A stretch of DNA of 64,000 bases, from contig OZ037767.1 of assembly GCA_964035545.1 (NCBI GenBank), forward strand, positions 10,736,581 through 10,800,580, written 5' to 3'. This stretch comes from Bugula neritina. Taxonomy: Eukaryota > Animalia > Bryozoa. The position numbers and the translations under genes were made by a program. Below are positions 14,796 to 60,438 of the stretch, one piece after another. Under the pieces are notes generated by a model. That model was not told the origin of the DNA. It did no database searches and saw only the letters and a program-made list of their open reading frames with translations. Numbering within the stretch: the stretch's first letter is position 1; every line of letters begins with the position of its first letter.

Positions 14796-15134
14796 CCAAT
14801 ACCACGAGTCACCAGTGTTATACATAATTATTGAGTTATCTGTCACAATGATAGCAATTCTGCATGCAAGGAAAAAAACGTGCCTGCAAGCGTGGTGGGC
14901 GGAGCTTCACTTCACAGTTTCGTAACCACCTCCTAACAGCTTGCCTTCATTCATCAATAATTAAAGCAGTCAAGACACCCTGATGCAGTATATAAAGAAA
15001 CTGGCACATCACCTGTCATCATTTGAACATCTTCTTCAGGTAACGTACAAGCGAACTTTACTCTTACTGCTATATTAATTAACAAGACTGATTCAAAGGC
15101 TTTCGCTAAGCTTACCAAAAGATTGATATTCTAG
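14796..15134 (+). promoter_or_regulatory. Putative FMO core promoter and non-coding first exon
   Basis: CCAAT at 14796, GC box GGGCGG at 14897 and TATATAAA at 14989, in canonical order. A donor AG|GTAAGT follows at 15134/15135, and an acceptor CCTAG| at 15358 lies just before the ATG. Confidence 0.55.
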
Positions 15135-15397
15135 GTAAGTAAATTTAGTAAATAAGACTACAGTGAATTACAAAACATAAACAACAACATGTAATAAAAG
15201 GCTGATTTGCTACAAAAAGTTTTTTACCTCATGCCAAAACAATAACAACTAATTTGCTACTATTAAATTATTATTAAAAAATTGCACACATATAAGTTTT
15301 ATGTGTGTATTGCTTATACAGTTATGGTCGCTATGACGATATGTTTAACTGATCCTAGGCAAGTGGCACACACATTGCCGACTACATTGACAGAAAC

Positions 15398-18300
15398 ATG
15401 GCCGGCAAAAGAGTGGCTATCATTGGGGCTGGGTCATCCGGCCTCACATCAATCAAGTGCTGTTTGGAGGAAGGGCTACAGCCAGTGTGTTATGAGATGT
15501 CGGATGATATAGGAGGACTGTGGTATTACCGTGAAGAAACCCCTGTAGATGGAGACAGACTGAATGCCAGTGTTTACAAATCATGCTCCATAAATACTAG
15601 CAAAGAAATGATGTCATTCTCGGACTTTCCAATTCCTGTAAACTTTCCGCCTTTTATGCCACACAACAAAGTGCTAGAATACTTTAAAATGTATGCCACA
15701 CATTTCAATCTTCTAAAGTACATTAAATTTAAATGCAAAGTGGTTCAAGTCACACCCACCGACAACCACTTACAAACCGGACAATGGAAAGTATCCACAG
15801 TGTGTCTGGGTGAGCAAGGAGAGGATGACTCTGAGGTCACAAGTGAAGTGTTTGATGGCGTAATGGTATGCTCAGGGCATCACCGGTTTCCACACAAACC
15901 AGTGTTTGAAGGGATGTCAAGATTTAAAGGGCGAGTTTTGCATTCATCTGAATACAAAAAACAATCTACATTTGAGGATAAGAAGGTGCTAGTCATTGGT
16001 AAGTTCTATTGTATTTGCACGCACATAATATTTTCATTTATACCAAAATTGATTAATAAGGAGATTTAATTATTTTCGACAGCAATATGAATAAATCTCA
16101 CCATTGCCAAAATGTAATTTACATATTTTGCTCATATTTTTTCCAATTAAAAATGTACCTTTATTATTAAAAACTCATCACTGCCAAAATTCCTCGCTTC
16201 AAGTTTTGTGAACTCTATCTGCTAAACGTACATAATCTATTGCGGTTTACTTTGGTGCAAATTAATTGTGTTTTGGTTTTACCAGGAATGGGTAACTCGG
16301 CTGCCGACATTGCAACAGATGCCAGCTATGTCGCCAAACAGGTCAGTTCATCTAAACACTCCCACATAGCATTGGAAAATTGTTTTGACATTCTCTTTGT
16401 TTAAGTTATATAAGTTATTTTCACCAAATTTTGACCCTTCATTGTTTTCAATCTCACCTTTCAACTTAGTATATGCAACTTCTAGCCAAAACTGATAACA
16501 AATATTTTGAAACTAGAAAGACTTCAACAAGCTCTATTAAATGTGAATTGAAGCTCATGTCCTGCAAAGGAACTTGTTTGAAGAGCGTTGCTTGCCATCT
16601 TGCAGGTGGATATTAGCACAAGAAGGGGTTCGTGGATATTCAGCAGGTTTTTCCCAGGAGGCCTGCCCGCTGACTTCCTGGCCAACACGAGGTTTATGAT
16701 GGGTATACCCAACAAGATTCTCGAGTGGATGGTAGAGCTGATGGTGAACTTCAAGTACAGTGGTGAGAACTACGGACTCCAGGCATTTCACAGGTACTGC
16801 AGCCCTTAGTTATTCACCTTCATATTGTGTTTGTTCCACAATCCCAAAGTTCACTAAGATACTTTCTCATTCAAAACAAAGTGTTTTTGCCAAAAATTGC
16901 TTGCAATTGAATTCGCATGGCCTACTACTTGTTTGATGATCATTCTCTGTGTGTGTGCACTCGAGGCAGTATATAGGGTGATTCAAGGAAGCCAAGTAAA
17001 TAATTATATACACAGCTAATGGCTATCAGACTCATAATTTAAACAAAGAAATTGTGAAAAATGTCTACATTCAGGCCAATGAGTTAAAAGACAACCTGCA
17101 AATTATTGATGAATAATGCTTTAGCAATGCACCTTTTTATTTGTTGTTGCCAAAATTAGAAAAAAATGTGATACAAAAAAGATAAATTTATATCTGCGAA
17201 AGTTCACAAAGGAAGCACACCGATGTTTATATTATGGCTTTGTTTTTTAGGGGGCTGGAAGCTCATCCAACCATCCATGATTACATCACAATTCGAATCA
17301 TGTCTGGTTATATAAGAGTCCGTCCATCAATCACGCATTTCACAAGTGATGGGGCTGTGTTTGATGATGGACACTTTGAAAAGTTTGACACTGTGGTCAT
17401 GGCCACTGGATATGAGTACAAGTTCCCATTTCTTGATGACAAGGTATGACAAATGCTAAACTATACTTTTACTGTCTGCACCTTTATTTATCTAATCAAT
17501 ATTGATAATTAATCCTAAAGAGATAATTCTATTAACATGAACATTGATCTATATTAAAGCATTGGTTCCATTAAAAATTATTATAAAGTGAATGATTTGT
17601 TTTTACAAAGTCTGCTTTCTTTGTAGATTATCTACAATGGCTCTGATTCGATAAACACCTACAAGTTTACATTTCTTCCTCACTTACAAAGGCCGGAGTC
17701 ACTAGCCTTCATTGGACTGGTGCAGGCCATTGGAGCTGTAATGCCTATAGCTGAGTTACAGGCCAGATGGTTCGCCAGAGTGATTTCTGGTAAGAGTTTA
17801 AATTACGAAGCAGCATAGTTTGTGATGTTGAAATTACTTCTTCCCCCATTTCCGTAGCCCCTCTAGTGTAATAGTTGGTGTGCTAGCATGCAAGCTTCCA
17901 GGTCGGACGTTCAATCCCCAGTGGAGGCAGTTATTTTTATCGTTTACTAATTGACGATAGATGATAAGTTAACACTTCTTCAACTTTATAATTATGTCTG
18001 TAGGTAAAGCACAACTGCCACCAACGGCTAGAATGTACGACTATATTGAAACAAGATGGCAAGAAGTGAACGAGACTTACGTAAAAACCAAACGACATGA
18101 TAATTTGGAGGTGAGTTTTAAGGCAACTGATTCAAAATTCTTCAAGTAATGGCCAATAAAAAAGACCTGCATGTTAAACTGTGGAAACATAATACAATGC
18201 ATCATAGCAAAAGAAACAAAACTTTTAGATTTAGTAACGATGTGCCTATAAAAAGGTTGGAGCATTGGATATACATTTTCAAATTTTACTAATTTATATA

Positions 18301-18729
18301 AATACTAGGGCATTACTGCTAGTTAGCGATTGATGTGTACACAACCATAATAAATGGTTTTTACTGATCCCATTTTAGACATTTTGGGTGCCCGTTATGG
18401 ATGACATAGCCTCAGAGATTGGAGTTAAGCCAAACATGGTGAGTCTGCTCAAAGAGGAGCCCCTCTTTGCAGTCAGATGTTTCTTTGGACCCTGTGTTCC
18501 AGCCCAGTACCGCCTGCATGGACCTCACAGTAAACCTGTACAGGCCAAACGTATGATAGAGAACACTTTCTCCAATATCACACGGTCTACGCAGTACAGA
18601 AAAGTGGAGGCGGTCATGAAAAAGAGAGAGGTGACCTGGTCTCAGCGTCTTGTATCGATAAAAGTTTTGTTATATACGCTGACTTTTGTCTTTTTGGCAT
18701 TCCTATTGGCCCATATGCATCTCATTTAG
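15398..18729 (+). CDS. Flavin-containing monooxygenase (dimethylaniline monooxygenase, FMO family), 552 aa, 7 coding exons
   Basis: Exons 15398-15998, 16286-16341, 16606-16793, 17251-17443, 17627-17789, 18004-18110, 18379-18729 (1659 nt, phases consistent). FAD-binding GAGSSG, GGLW, FMO signature FKGRVLHSSEYK (FxGxxxHSxxYK), NADPH-binding GMGNSA, ATGY, ELQARW, FFGPC..QYRL.GP, and a hydrophobic C-terminal anchor. The vertebrate paralog number cannot be assigned. Confidence 0.96.
17865..17930 (+). mobile_element. tRNA-derived SINE head remnant in an FMO intron
   Basis: TAGTGTAATAGTT...GTTCAATCCCC degenerate A and B boxes. Confidence 0.4.
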
Positions 18730-19639
18730 GTTTACTACTTGTCTGCATTTCCTATCATACGCACATTAATCTCAAATGAACAAAACCTGCATTATTTATA
18801 CCAAAACTATTTATTTCCTAAATCTTGGTGTGATATGCCTGTTCACTTTGTATATAGGTCTGCATTTTAAAGCAGCTGAGTTTTCCACAATATTAATTTA
18901 TTTTATATACATTATTTATGGAGTTGACAAAGGAGCAATTTCACAGCTTACTGCAAGTATTTTAATGGCGTAACGTACAATCTTCAATAAGACTTACTGA
19001 AGGCTGTTATTCTATCGTTTTTAGTGCCTTATAAATGTATCTCTTTCTAGAATACTTATTTAAAAATCATTTTATGAGACATTCTGTATCTACCTTGTGC
19101 ATAAATGTATGAAACACTCTTTATGGGACAATAATTATATGAGAAAACTACTTATTATTGTTATTTTATATTATTGGGGCATATAGCCTACACACAAATA
19201 AAGTTTCGGAGAAAAACAAGAAAACAAGTTTTTCTGTCATTGATTATTATTCTTTCAAAATGGTGACTAGTATTTTTAAATTCGATGCATATGATATGCA
19301 ATTCACAAACATGACTGAAAGATTCATAACCAAAAGTTAATTGATATCTTTAACTTGCAGTAAAAAACTAAAACAACTAATAAAAGGAACTCAAGAATAA
19401 CGTTAAGACAATTAATATTAATAATATAGAAACAAATGATTATAGAATACAGCATTATTTAATAAATAAGGAATGAGAATATCATTGGGGTGGTTGAGAG
19501 ATTTAACTGGAAGAAAACCCATCTAAATCATTAAGTGACTAAAATGGCCTACTTTTCAAGGGAACTGACAACACTGACTACTATAATGTATCATATTGAT
19601 AAACTAGTCATAGAGTGAGATTGGTGAACTCAATGCCTC

Positions 19640-53450
<33,811 letters not shown>

Positions 53451-54804
53451 TATTCAGTCGAATAATCTACAAAACGGGCAAAACATGGTATTGGCTTCTA
53501 ATAAAATACAAATAGCAGTGTGATGACCAACACGATGTACATCAGAAAAATAAGATGCCATGTCATATTTTACTATAGCAAGCATTAAGAAAAGTTACAT
53601 CATATTACCTCGAGGGTAACATGACGGTCAATTAGTAGTGAACCTTTTGACCAACTTCATAAGCATCAAGATAGACTAAGTATGATATTAAATATAATAG
53701 CCAGACTGATTATAATAACTACTAATTGTGTTTAGTTCTATAATAAGCATGCTAGTCTGGTCTCTATAAATTAAATAATTAATGATTAAACTAATAACAG
53801 TTCAATGTAATCCCTTTAAATGGAACTTTAGCCTGTGACTATTACACAGCATTGAAGAGTTTATGAAATTAAATGATATTATAAAGTTTGAGTTCAGGAG
53901 GTAGGAGCTAAATGCTGAAGTTCTCCAGCTCATGGAGTTTGACCTTCATGCATCATATTTTGCTTAAGATGGTATAATTGCTGCACATGAATCAATATTA
54001 ATTTTCTATTCACAATTGTACAATAGACGAGGTGAAAGTAGAGAAATACTCCCACTTTTAGGATAAAATATATTCAAAAGTAATTTTAATGTGGATGGTT
54101 TATCGGTGTTATTTTTACGAGATTATGTTTTGCAGCTATGGTTGATAGTCACTGCTGGCCGTACAGCTAATACGGCACATGCATTGACTCTTGGTCTACA
54201 CAGTTTTATAACAAAAAATTTAATGTATTCAATACAATGATATTAATATCAATTTTAAATAAGTGAATTTAATAAAACATTAACTACAACTGTCTATAAC
54301 TATAGGACAACAGCTGAATAACTTATAATTCAAATGACTATTGTGATAAGTTGTCAAAATAAAATGGGACTAAATATAAACAATGGTCATAATGACAACA
54401 TTAAATATAATAACACTAATACTAGCAATATCATCACAGGCATTATGGTCAATTTTCCGAAATTATTAGGATTATCCCTTGTTTACGAATGATTATTACT
54501 CAAGAGTTACGATTAACTTAAAATGATTTGATTGTGTATAACAGTAATTATTCTCATTGTTTATCATTATGATTGTCATTATCATGACTATGCTTTTGTG
54601 GCTATCATAATCACAGTAGTCATAAAGGTAATTATTTGTTTGGTTTTCAATAGATTTGGTCATTTACTTTTCAACTCTCAAAGTTAATTTTACACTGATA
54701 AAATGTTTTGATTTTACCTCTGATTACCTCTGATGAGGTAGAACGCTCTTGACCATCATATGACGTTAGTAGAGCGCCTCATGTGTGTGACAGTGAGGGT
54801 TCCG

Positions 54805-57593
54805 TTTTTTTTTTTTTTAGTGCTTCCGCATTACCGCTGATATTATTCAATTTAGATAGTGATATTTAAAAAGAAAATTGATAGGTAAGCTAGGTAAATC
54901 CTCTCATGTCGCGTATCATTCTTGGTAAGAAACTTTGGTGGTAACAGCTAGAGTGAGAAGAAATGGAGTTGGGTAAACCTCGGGTTGCTGATCTCGTAGT
55001 TACGGACATGAGAGAGCGATTTTCCACAACCTCATCATAGTCTGATGAAAGTGTACTGTGCGTGGCTTCAGACTGTAGAATACGTGTCAATAGTGTGAGC
55101 CTATGATTTTTACGCCTCGTTTGCAATGGTAGTAGACCCAGTTCGCATCGAGCGTCACTAACACTCTCTCGCCCCTTGAGACCTGATATGAACCTCACAG
55201 CACGATTCTGAACCATTTCTATATTATGTATGGTGGTTTTTAAATAAGGATCCCAGAGGGTATCTGCATACTCCAACAATGGACGGCAGAGGCTGGTGTA
55301 AGCCAAGAGTTTGCCATTTTTTGGAGCATCATGGAGAGCAAACTTTATTGCTCCAAGGACTCTGCTAGCTTTTTGTGATTTCAGCACAATGTGTTGGTCA
55401 AATTTTAGATTACTCTGCATGGTCACACCGAGATACTTGGTCTCTTCAGTCCATTGGACAGGTGTACTCCCAAGCTTATAAGATGGAAGGCTTGTTTGGC
55501 GACCAAATGATATAGCATGGCATTTACTTTCATTAAAAGGCATCTTCCACTGTTGGGACCAGTTATATACTGCATCGATATTGACCTGGAAGTCTGCAGC
55601 ATCTGCTTCTGAGTTTACTCTTTGGTACAACAGGGTGTCATCTGCATAAAGACTGACACAACAATTGACACAACTTGGTAAATCGTTAATATAAACCAAG
55701 AATAGTGTGGGTCCTAGTACAGATCCTTGGGGGACGCCCGATGTTACTGGGAGCTCAGTTGAGCATGAGCCTTTGATTACAACTCTCTGTTTTCTGTTGG
55801 TGATGAAATCTTGAATCCAATTTATAATCTGTGGGTTAACTTCTGGAATGCGACGTAGTTTCAGTAGCAGTAGGGAATGGGGGACTTTGTCAAATGCTTT
55901 TTTAAAGTCTAGAACAATTGCATGTGTGTCTTGTGATTGGTCGTGCGCTTTGGCAATGTCATGGTATGTTGAGCACAGCTGAGTATCACATGACATTCCC
56001 TTCCGAAAACCATGCTGCCTGTTGTGAAGTATATTGTCAAGGGTTGCATTCAGGTAGTGCAGGATTATGTGCTCAAGCATTTTGCACGGAATGCTTGTGA
56101 GAGAGATAGGCCTATAATTCTGTGGTGATTCCTTGCTTCCTCCTTTATGTATTGGGGTTACATTAGCAAGTTTCCACTCTCTTGGTAGTTTTCCAGATTT
56201 AAGTGAGGCATGGTATATGTGCTGAAGACAAGTGGCATTTATTTCAGTATCAACTAATAGGTCTGGTTTTCTTATGCCGTCTGGCCCCGGTGATTTACCA
56301 TTTGCCAATCCTCTAATAAGTGACTCAAGCCCCTTGATGGATATGCATATGTTATGAGTATCACTGCTATAATTTGGATATTGTGACACCTGGTGATCTT
56401 GGCAGAACTGACTATAAAAATAACTGTTCAGGATTTCAGCGCATCTCAGTGAGTTGTCAGTTAGTTGATTAGTATCAGGGTCAGTAAGAGACATGGAAAT
56501 ATTATCTTGACCAGTTTTTTGCCTCAGGTGTTTGAAAAAAGGCTTGGAATTTCCCCTCTCTAATGGTTTACATACCTTCTCAACTACATAGTTCCTCTTT
56601 TTGTGACGAAGCAATTTTTTGCAAGATTTTCGCTCTGTTTTATACTTCTCCAAGAAAAACACATCCCTTGTTTTTTTATACTTGAACCAAGTTTTTCTTT
56701 GCTTTTGAGCAAGCTTCTTTGCCTCCTTATCAAACCAAACAGGCCAGCGAGAGTTTTTTGATTTTAAAACTTTTGTAGGAATGTGATCTTTGCAAGCCTG
56801 CGCAAGACCTTCTCTAAAAAGGAGCCACATGTTGTCCGGGTCTGACATGTCCTTAAGTTTGTTACAGACAGTTTGCATACTGTCTCTGAAACCAGTTATA
56901 TTTGCATTTTTGTATAGTTTAATTGTTTTCGGTTGTGTTTTTAAGAGATTTGGTCTATGGCAGGTAAGCACTGCAGTGACGATGTAGTGATCACTGAGAC
57001 CCGGAGATATTATATCAATATCTGTGACTAACGCTGTGTTATTGGTACAGATTAAATCCAGGATATTACCGTGAATATGAGTGGGTTGCGTAACAAGTTG
57101 TTGCATCCTGTTTTCAAATAACATGGTGAGAAAGTCCAAGTGTACAGACTTGAATTTTGCACCATATTTTAGTTTTCTGGTTTCCCAGTCTATTTCAGGG
57201 AGGTTAAAGTCACCAACAAGAATGATGGAATGATGATGGTATTTGTTGGTGATGTGTTCAATGACATTTCTCAAAGCTGCCATGTTTAGCATTGATATGT
57301 TTGGTCTATAGTAGCAGCATATTATAATGCTATGTTTGATCTGTACTACAACCATTTCTTCGCCCAAAGTGTCTAGTTCAACTTTAGTTGGCTGAAGCGA
57401 ATTCGCTGCTGCTATAAGGACCCCGCCACCATGAATATTACGATCCCATCTAAATATGGTCTTGCTTTGGCTAGAGAGAATGTCACAGTTGTTTATAGTG
57501 TCATCAATATGTGTTTCTACTAAACAAACTATATCATATTCAGATGTAATGAATTGAACTTCGGCCGTTTTCCCCTTAACAGACCTTAACAGA
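54805..57593 (-). mobile_element. Non-LTR retrotransposon (CR1/L2-group LINE), 5'-truncated, with poly(A) tail
   Basis: Uninterrupted endonuclease + reverse transcriptase frame, ~70-nt 3' UTR, and an A-tail (T run at 54805-54818 on +). No ORF1 and no target-site duplication visible. Confidence 0.92.
54890..57589 (-). CDS. LINE ORF2: apurinic-like endonuclease + reverse transcriptase
   Basis: The frame stays open upstream of the tracked start at 57367 (RSVKGK...DIVCLVETHID...RWDRNIHGGGVLIA). APE motifs YRP, GDFNLP, LDL, SDH. RT motifs KSPGPDG, NYRPISL, QHGF, LDFKKAFDKV, GVPQGSVLGP, YADD, KYLGV. No initiating ATG because of the truncation. Confidence 0.93.
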   Translation of the reverse strand, partial: LRSVKGKTAEVQFITSEYDIVCLVETHIDDTINNCDILSSQSKTIFRWDRNIHGGGVLIAAANSLQPTKVELDTLGEEMVVVQIKHSIIICCYYRPNISMLNMAALRNVIEHITNKYHHHSIILVGDFNLPEIDWETRKLKYGAKFKSVHLDFLTMLFENRMQQLVTQPTHIHGNILDLICTNNTALVTDIDIISPGLSDHYIVTAVLTCHRPNLLKTQPKTIKLYKNANITGFRDSMQTVCNKLKDMSDPDNMWLLFREGLAQACKDHIPTKVLKSKNSRWPVWFDKEAKKLAQKQRKTWFKYKKTRDVFFLEKYKTERKSCKKLLRHKKRNYVVEKVCKPLERGNSKPFFKHLRQKTGQDNISMSLTDPDTNQLTDNSLRCAEILNSYFYSQFCQDHQVSQYPNYSSDTHNICISIKGLESLIRGLANGKSPGPDGIRKPDLLVDTEINATCLQHIYHASLKSGKLPREWKLANVTPIHKGGSKESPQNYRPISLTSIPCKMLEHIILHYLNATLDNILHNRQHGFRKGMSCDTQLCSTYHDIAKAHDQSQDTHAIVLDFKKAFDKVPHSLLLLKLRRIPEVNPQIINWIQDFITNRKQRVVIKGSCSTELPVTSGVPQGSVLGPTLFLVYINDLPSCVNCCVSLYADDTLLYQRVNSEADAADFQVNIDAVYNWSQQWKMPFNESKCHAISFGRQTSLPSYKLGSTPVQWTEETKYLGVTMQSNLKFDQHIVLKSQKASRVLGAIKFALHDAPKNGKLLAYTSLCRPLLEYADTLWDPYLKTTIHNIEMVQNRAVRFISGLKGRESVSDARCELGLLPLQTRRKNHRLTLLTRILQSEATHSTLSSDYDEVVENRSLMSVTTRSATRGLPNSISSHSSCYHQSFLPRMIRDMRGFT

Positions 57594-57599
57594 ACTTAA

Positions 57600-58330
57600 T
57601 ACTCATACTGATACACTGCTGTCTGATAAATCAAACTCACACTGATACTCAATGACCATGCTTCATAGTTTATAGTGATAGTCAAACCCAATATCATTAC
57701 AGTGAGTGTTATTTACTGATACTCATAATCCATAGTCAATAGGTCATATGTATACTCATACTGATACTACAGACCCATGGAGCTGGGGCCTACTCACTTT
57801 TAGTCATAAGTCATGTTTCATACTCAAAATTATAGCAAAGCCTATACTTATAGTGTATCATAATCATACTCAAACTGATTTATACTTATACCTATAGTCA
57901 TATTCACACTCACAGTAATGCCCATAATGTATAATCGATAACACAGTCAATCACAATGTCATCGAGACATTCACATTGAGCTTGAATTTGACTCATCCAG
58001 TCATTCACATTGTCACACTCATTACTCATTAGTAATACTAATAGTCACTGCCATTGTGATTGTGATTACTGAATCTAATCATAACTCTATGATTATCAAT
58101 TTATGATAGTGATACTCATACTCATACTCATAGTCATACTGATAGTGATACTAATACGAGTATTTTATCATTATGAGTAATACTAATACTAATAGTAATA
58201 GTAACACTATTACTATTAGTATTATTAATACTGCATTATTATTACCTAGTCTCATATTGATATTTAATTTGTATTTTTAATTAATATTAGTATTACTATT
58301 ACTATTAGTAAATGTATTACTATTACTATT
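57600..58330. repeat. Degenerate 3/6-bp-period (ACT/AGT/CAT) low-complexity tract
   Basis: TACTCATAGTCATACTGATAGTGATAC-type sequence, similar to 11080-11840. Confidence 0.75.
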
Positions 58331-58536
58331 AGAATTGGGAATTCAATTACATTTAGTGATGATTTACAATCAAAATGAAAATGGTATTTTCAAACGCTAA
58401 ATAAAAGTAGATAAAGAAAATCACACAATTATTTATAATCAATTTAATTATACAACGGTTACTCGTCTTGCTAATTGATATCACAAAAATTAAAAATTTT
58501 ATTATTATAATTATTATACTTGCAGTTGCTGCTTAC

Positions 58537-58600
58537 CCTTTCAGTTGTTGATGAATATCAATTTGTGAAGAATCGTTCGCATCGTGGAAGGGGCGGGTCT
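58537..58600 (-). promoter_or_regulatory. Putative non-coding first exon and GC-box promoter of the ankyrin-GH20 gene (possibly bidirectional)
   Basis: Minus-strand donor AAGG|GTAAGC at ~58536, a CpG-richer patch, and GGGGCGGG at 58590. The ATG exon has an acceptor (GTAG|ATTATTC, ~53467) just upstream, so a further 5' exon is expected. Confidence 0.45.
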
Positions 58601-59489
58601 TAGGTCTAGTCTCCGCTTTTGTTTGTTGTATTACAAATACTACAAATTCGTAGGAAAGTCCGCAAGAGATGAACTATTCTGAGGCTAATGTAAACATAAT
58701 ATTATTTGAACGCATAAATTATTCTCATTTGCCAAATTTGGTTGAGGCACTGGACATTGTTTCTCACAGTCACAGTGATTTTGATGAACTTCAAATCATT
58801 ATTAATAGCCATAGTCATAGTGATAGAGGAAAGTAACAGCTCTTTGCTTCAATTAGGAGGTAGAGGGAAACTATTAGTATTACTGTATTAGTATATTTAA
58901 TTTTAAGGCGAATTGAAACCCTTCCCTAATCTGTAATCATAAATTTTAATTTATCATATTCTTATTCATAATGATAATGTTAATAATATCAATATTATTA
59001 ATATTTAAAGTTATTAGTTGATAAATAAAATAAAATAATACTATTAGAAAATAGGTAAACTTAAAATTAATGGTAATAAAGTATAACTCAAGTATAAGTA
59101 ACATTTTAATTTATAGTTCATTAGACTTAGAGTTAATTGTATTATCATTATGATTATTATTGTTTAATTTTATAACTAGTTTCAATTTGCTTTTTAAAAT
59201 ATAATAACTAATTTATTAAATTTATGATAATTTATTTTATCAATAATCGATATGATAATCAGATTATGATTGACATAATCATTATGACTATGCAATTACT
59301 TAGTCAATTATTATTATTTATTTTATAATATTAATATTATTCATCATATATTATTATCTGATTTTTTGTTATTATAAATATTATAAATATAAGTAATAAA
59401 TATACCCAACTTTAGTTATTCTTGTAGTTATACTTATAGTTATAGTAATACTCATAATAGTATTACAACAGCAAGCTTTTAGTTTGTAC

Positions 59490-60170
59490 TGTCACCTCAA
59501 ACCCCAAATGGCAGACCCCATGGACACAGATTTGTCCAAGCCTCCCATGAAACTGATAAAAACCTGGTGGCTCCCATGCCAATGATCCATCAGTCTCAAA
59601 ATGTGCCAACATTGTAAACTCATTTTTCATCAATCAATTTTGTGTCCCAACATCAACTCCAAGTTTGTAACTCCACAGCTACACAATAGTCTTGTTAGCA
59701 ATAGGTTATTCAATAGGGTCTCTATTCACTCAACCTCAAATAATAGTTTTAATGTTCTTCTGTGTTCTAGAATGACCTGAAAGTTGAAATTTGAAATAAT
59801 TTTGAATTCTCAATATCATGTGCACATATTTTCCAATGATAGCCATAATATTCATGTTTTCATATAGGGGTTGAAAGATCACCATTGTTAAAGCATGTCC
59901 ATGGGTATCCATCATCGGCAACATAGTGTGTCTGGTCGAACCTGTTGTATATGCGACCGCCCATGTGCTATTTTCGACTGCCAATGTCTTGAGAATTTCC
60001 AGCACAACACATCTGAACATGGTGACTATTATATAGTATAAGGGGTGTGAATAAACACTCGATAGGTCCTGATACATATACTTTGATTTTGAATAATTGA
60101 TGTAATAAATTGTTGTAAGACTGTTATTCTTCATGTATTCTAGCCACTGTCTCTGCTAACACTTGGACTA
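59490..60170 (-). pseudogene. Decayed fragment resembling a Polinton/Maverick protein-primed DNA polymerase B
   Basis: GC-richer patch with stops and frameshifts. One frame reads KNEFTMLAHFETDG...FYQFHG....VHGVC, like the GE..I..Y.VDG...VYEFHGC.WHGC insert of Polinton pPolB. Upstream fragments (CSDVL..KF, YPWTC, IMAII) are loosely compatible. Recalled motifs only. Confidence 0.35.
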
Positions 60171-60438
60171 CTTTGTATAACATTCTATTACATGAGGCAG
60201 TTTTCTAGCTGAGCCAAATAGAGGTTTGCTATTGCTATAAAATGTTTATAGGTTTTTCGTTAATATCAGACGTTTAACTAACAGATATTTTAAGGCTCAG
60301 GCTAGTTACAACTTTCAATATTCGTAAAAAAGACGAGACATGCGGAGTTTATACTTTTTATGTATACTGTTTGCAGTTCCACTGTAAATAGCTGTTGATG
60401 TTAATATGCACTCACGTTCACTGATTGCAGGTAGTCTT

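Noticed and set aside
15398-18729. FMO as a gene nested in an intron of the long minus-strand gene
   Set aside because: The long gene reaches its stop codon at 19640, so the two genes are convergent neighbours.
54719-54780. CTGATGA...GAA hammerhead candidate
   Set aside because: No proper stem II, GAAC instead of GAAA, and no UH cleavage triplet in register.
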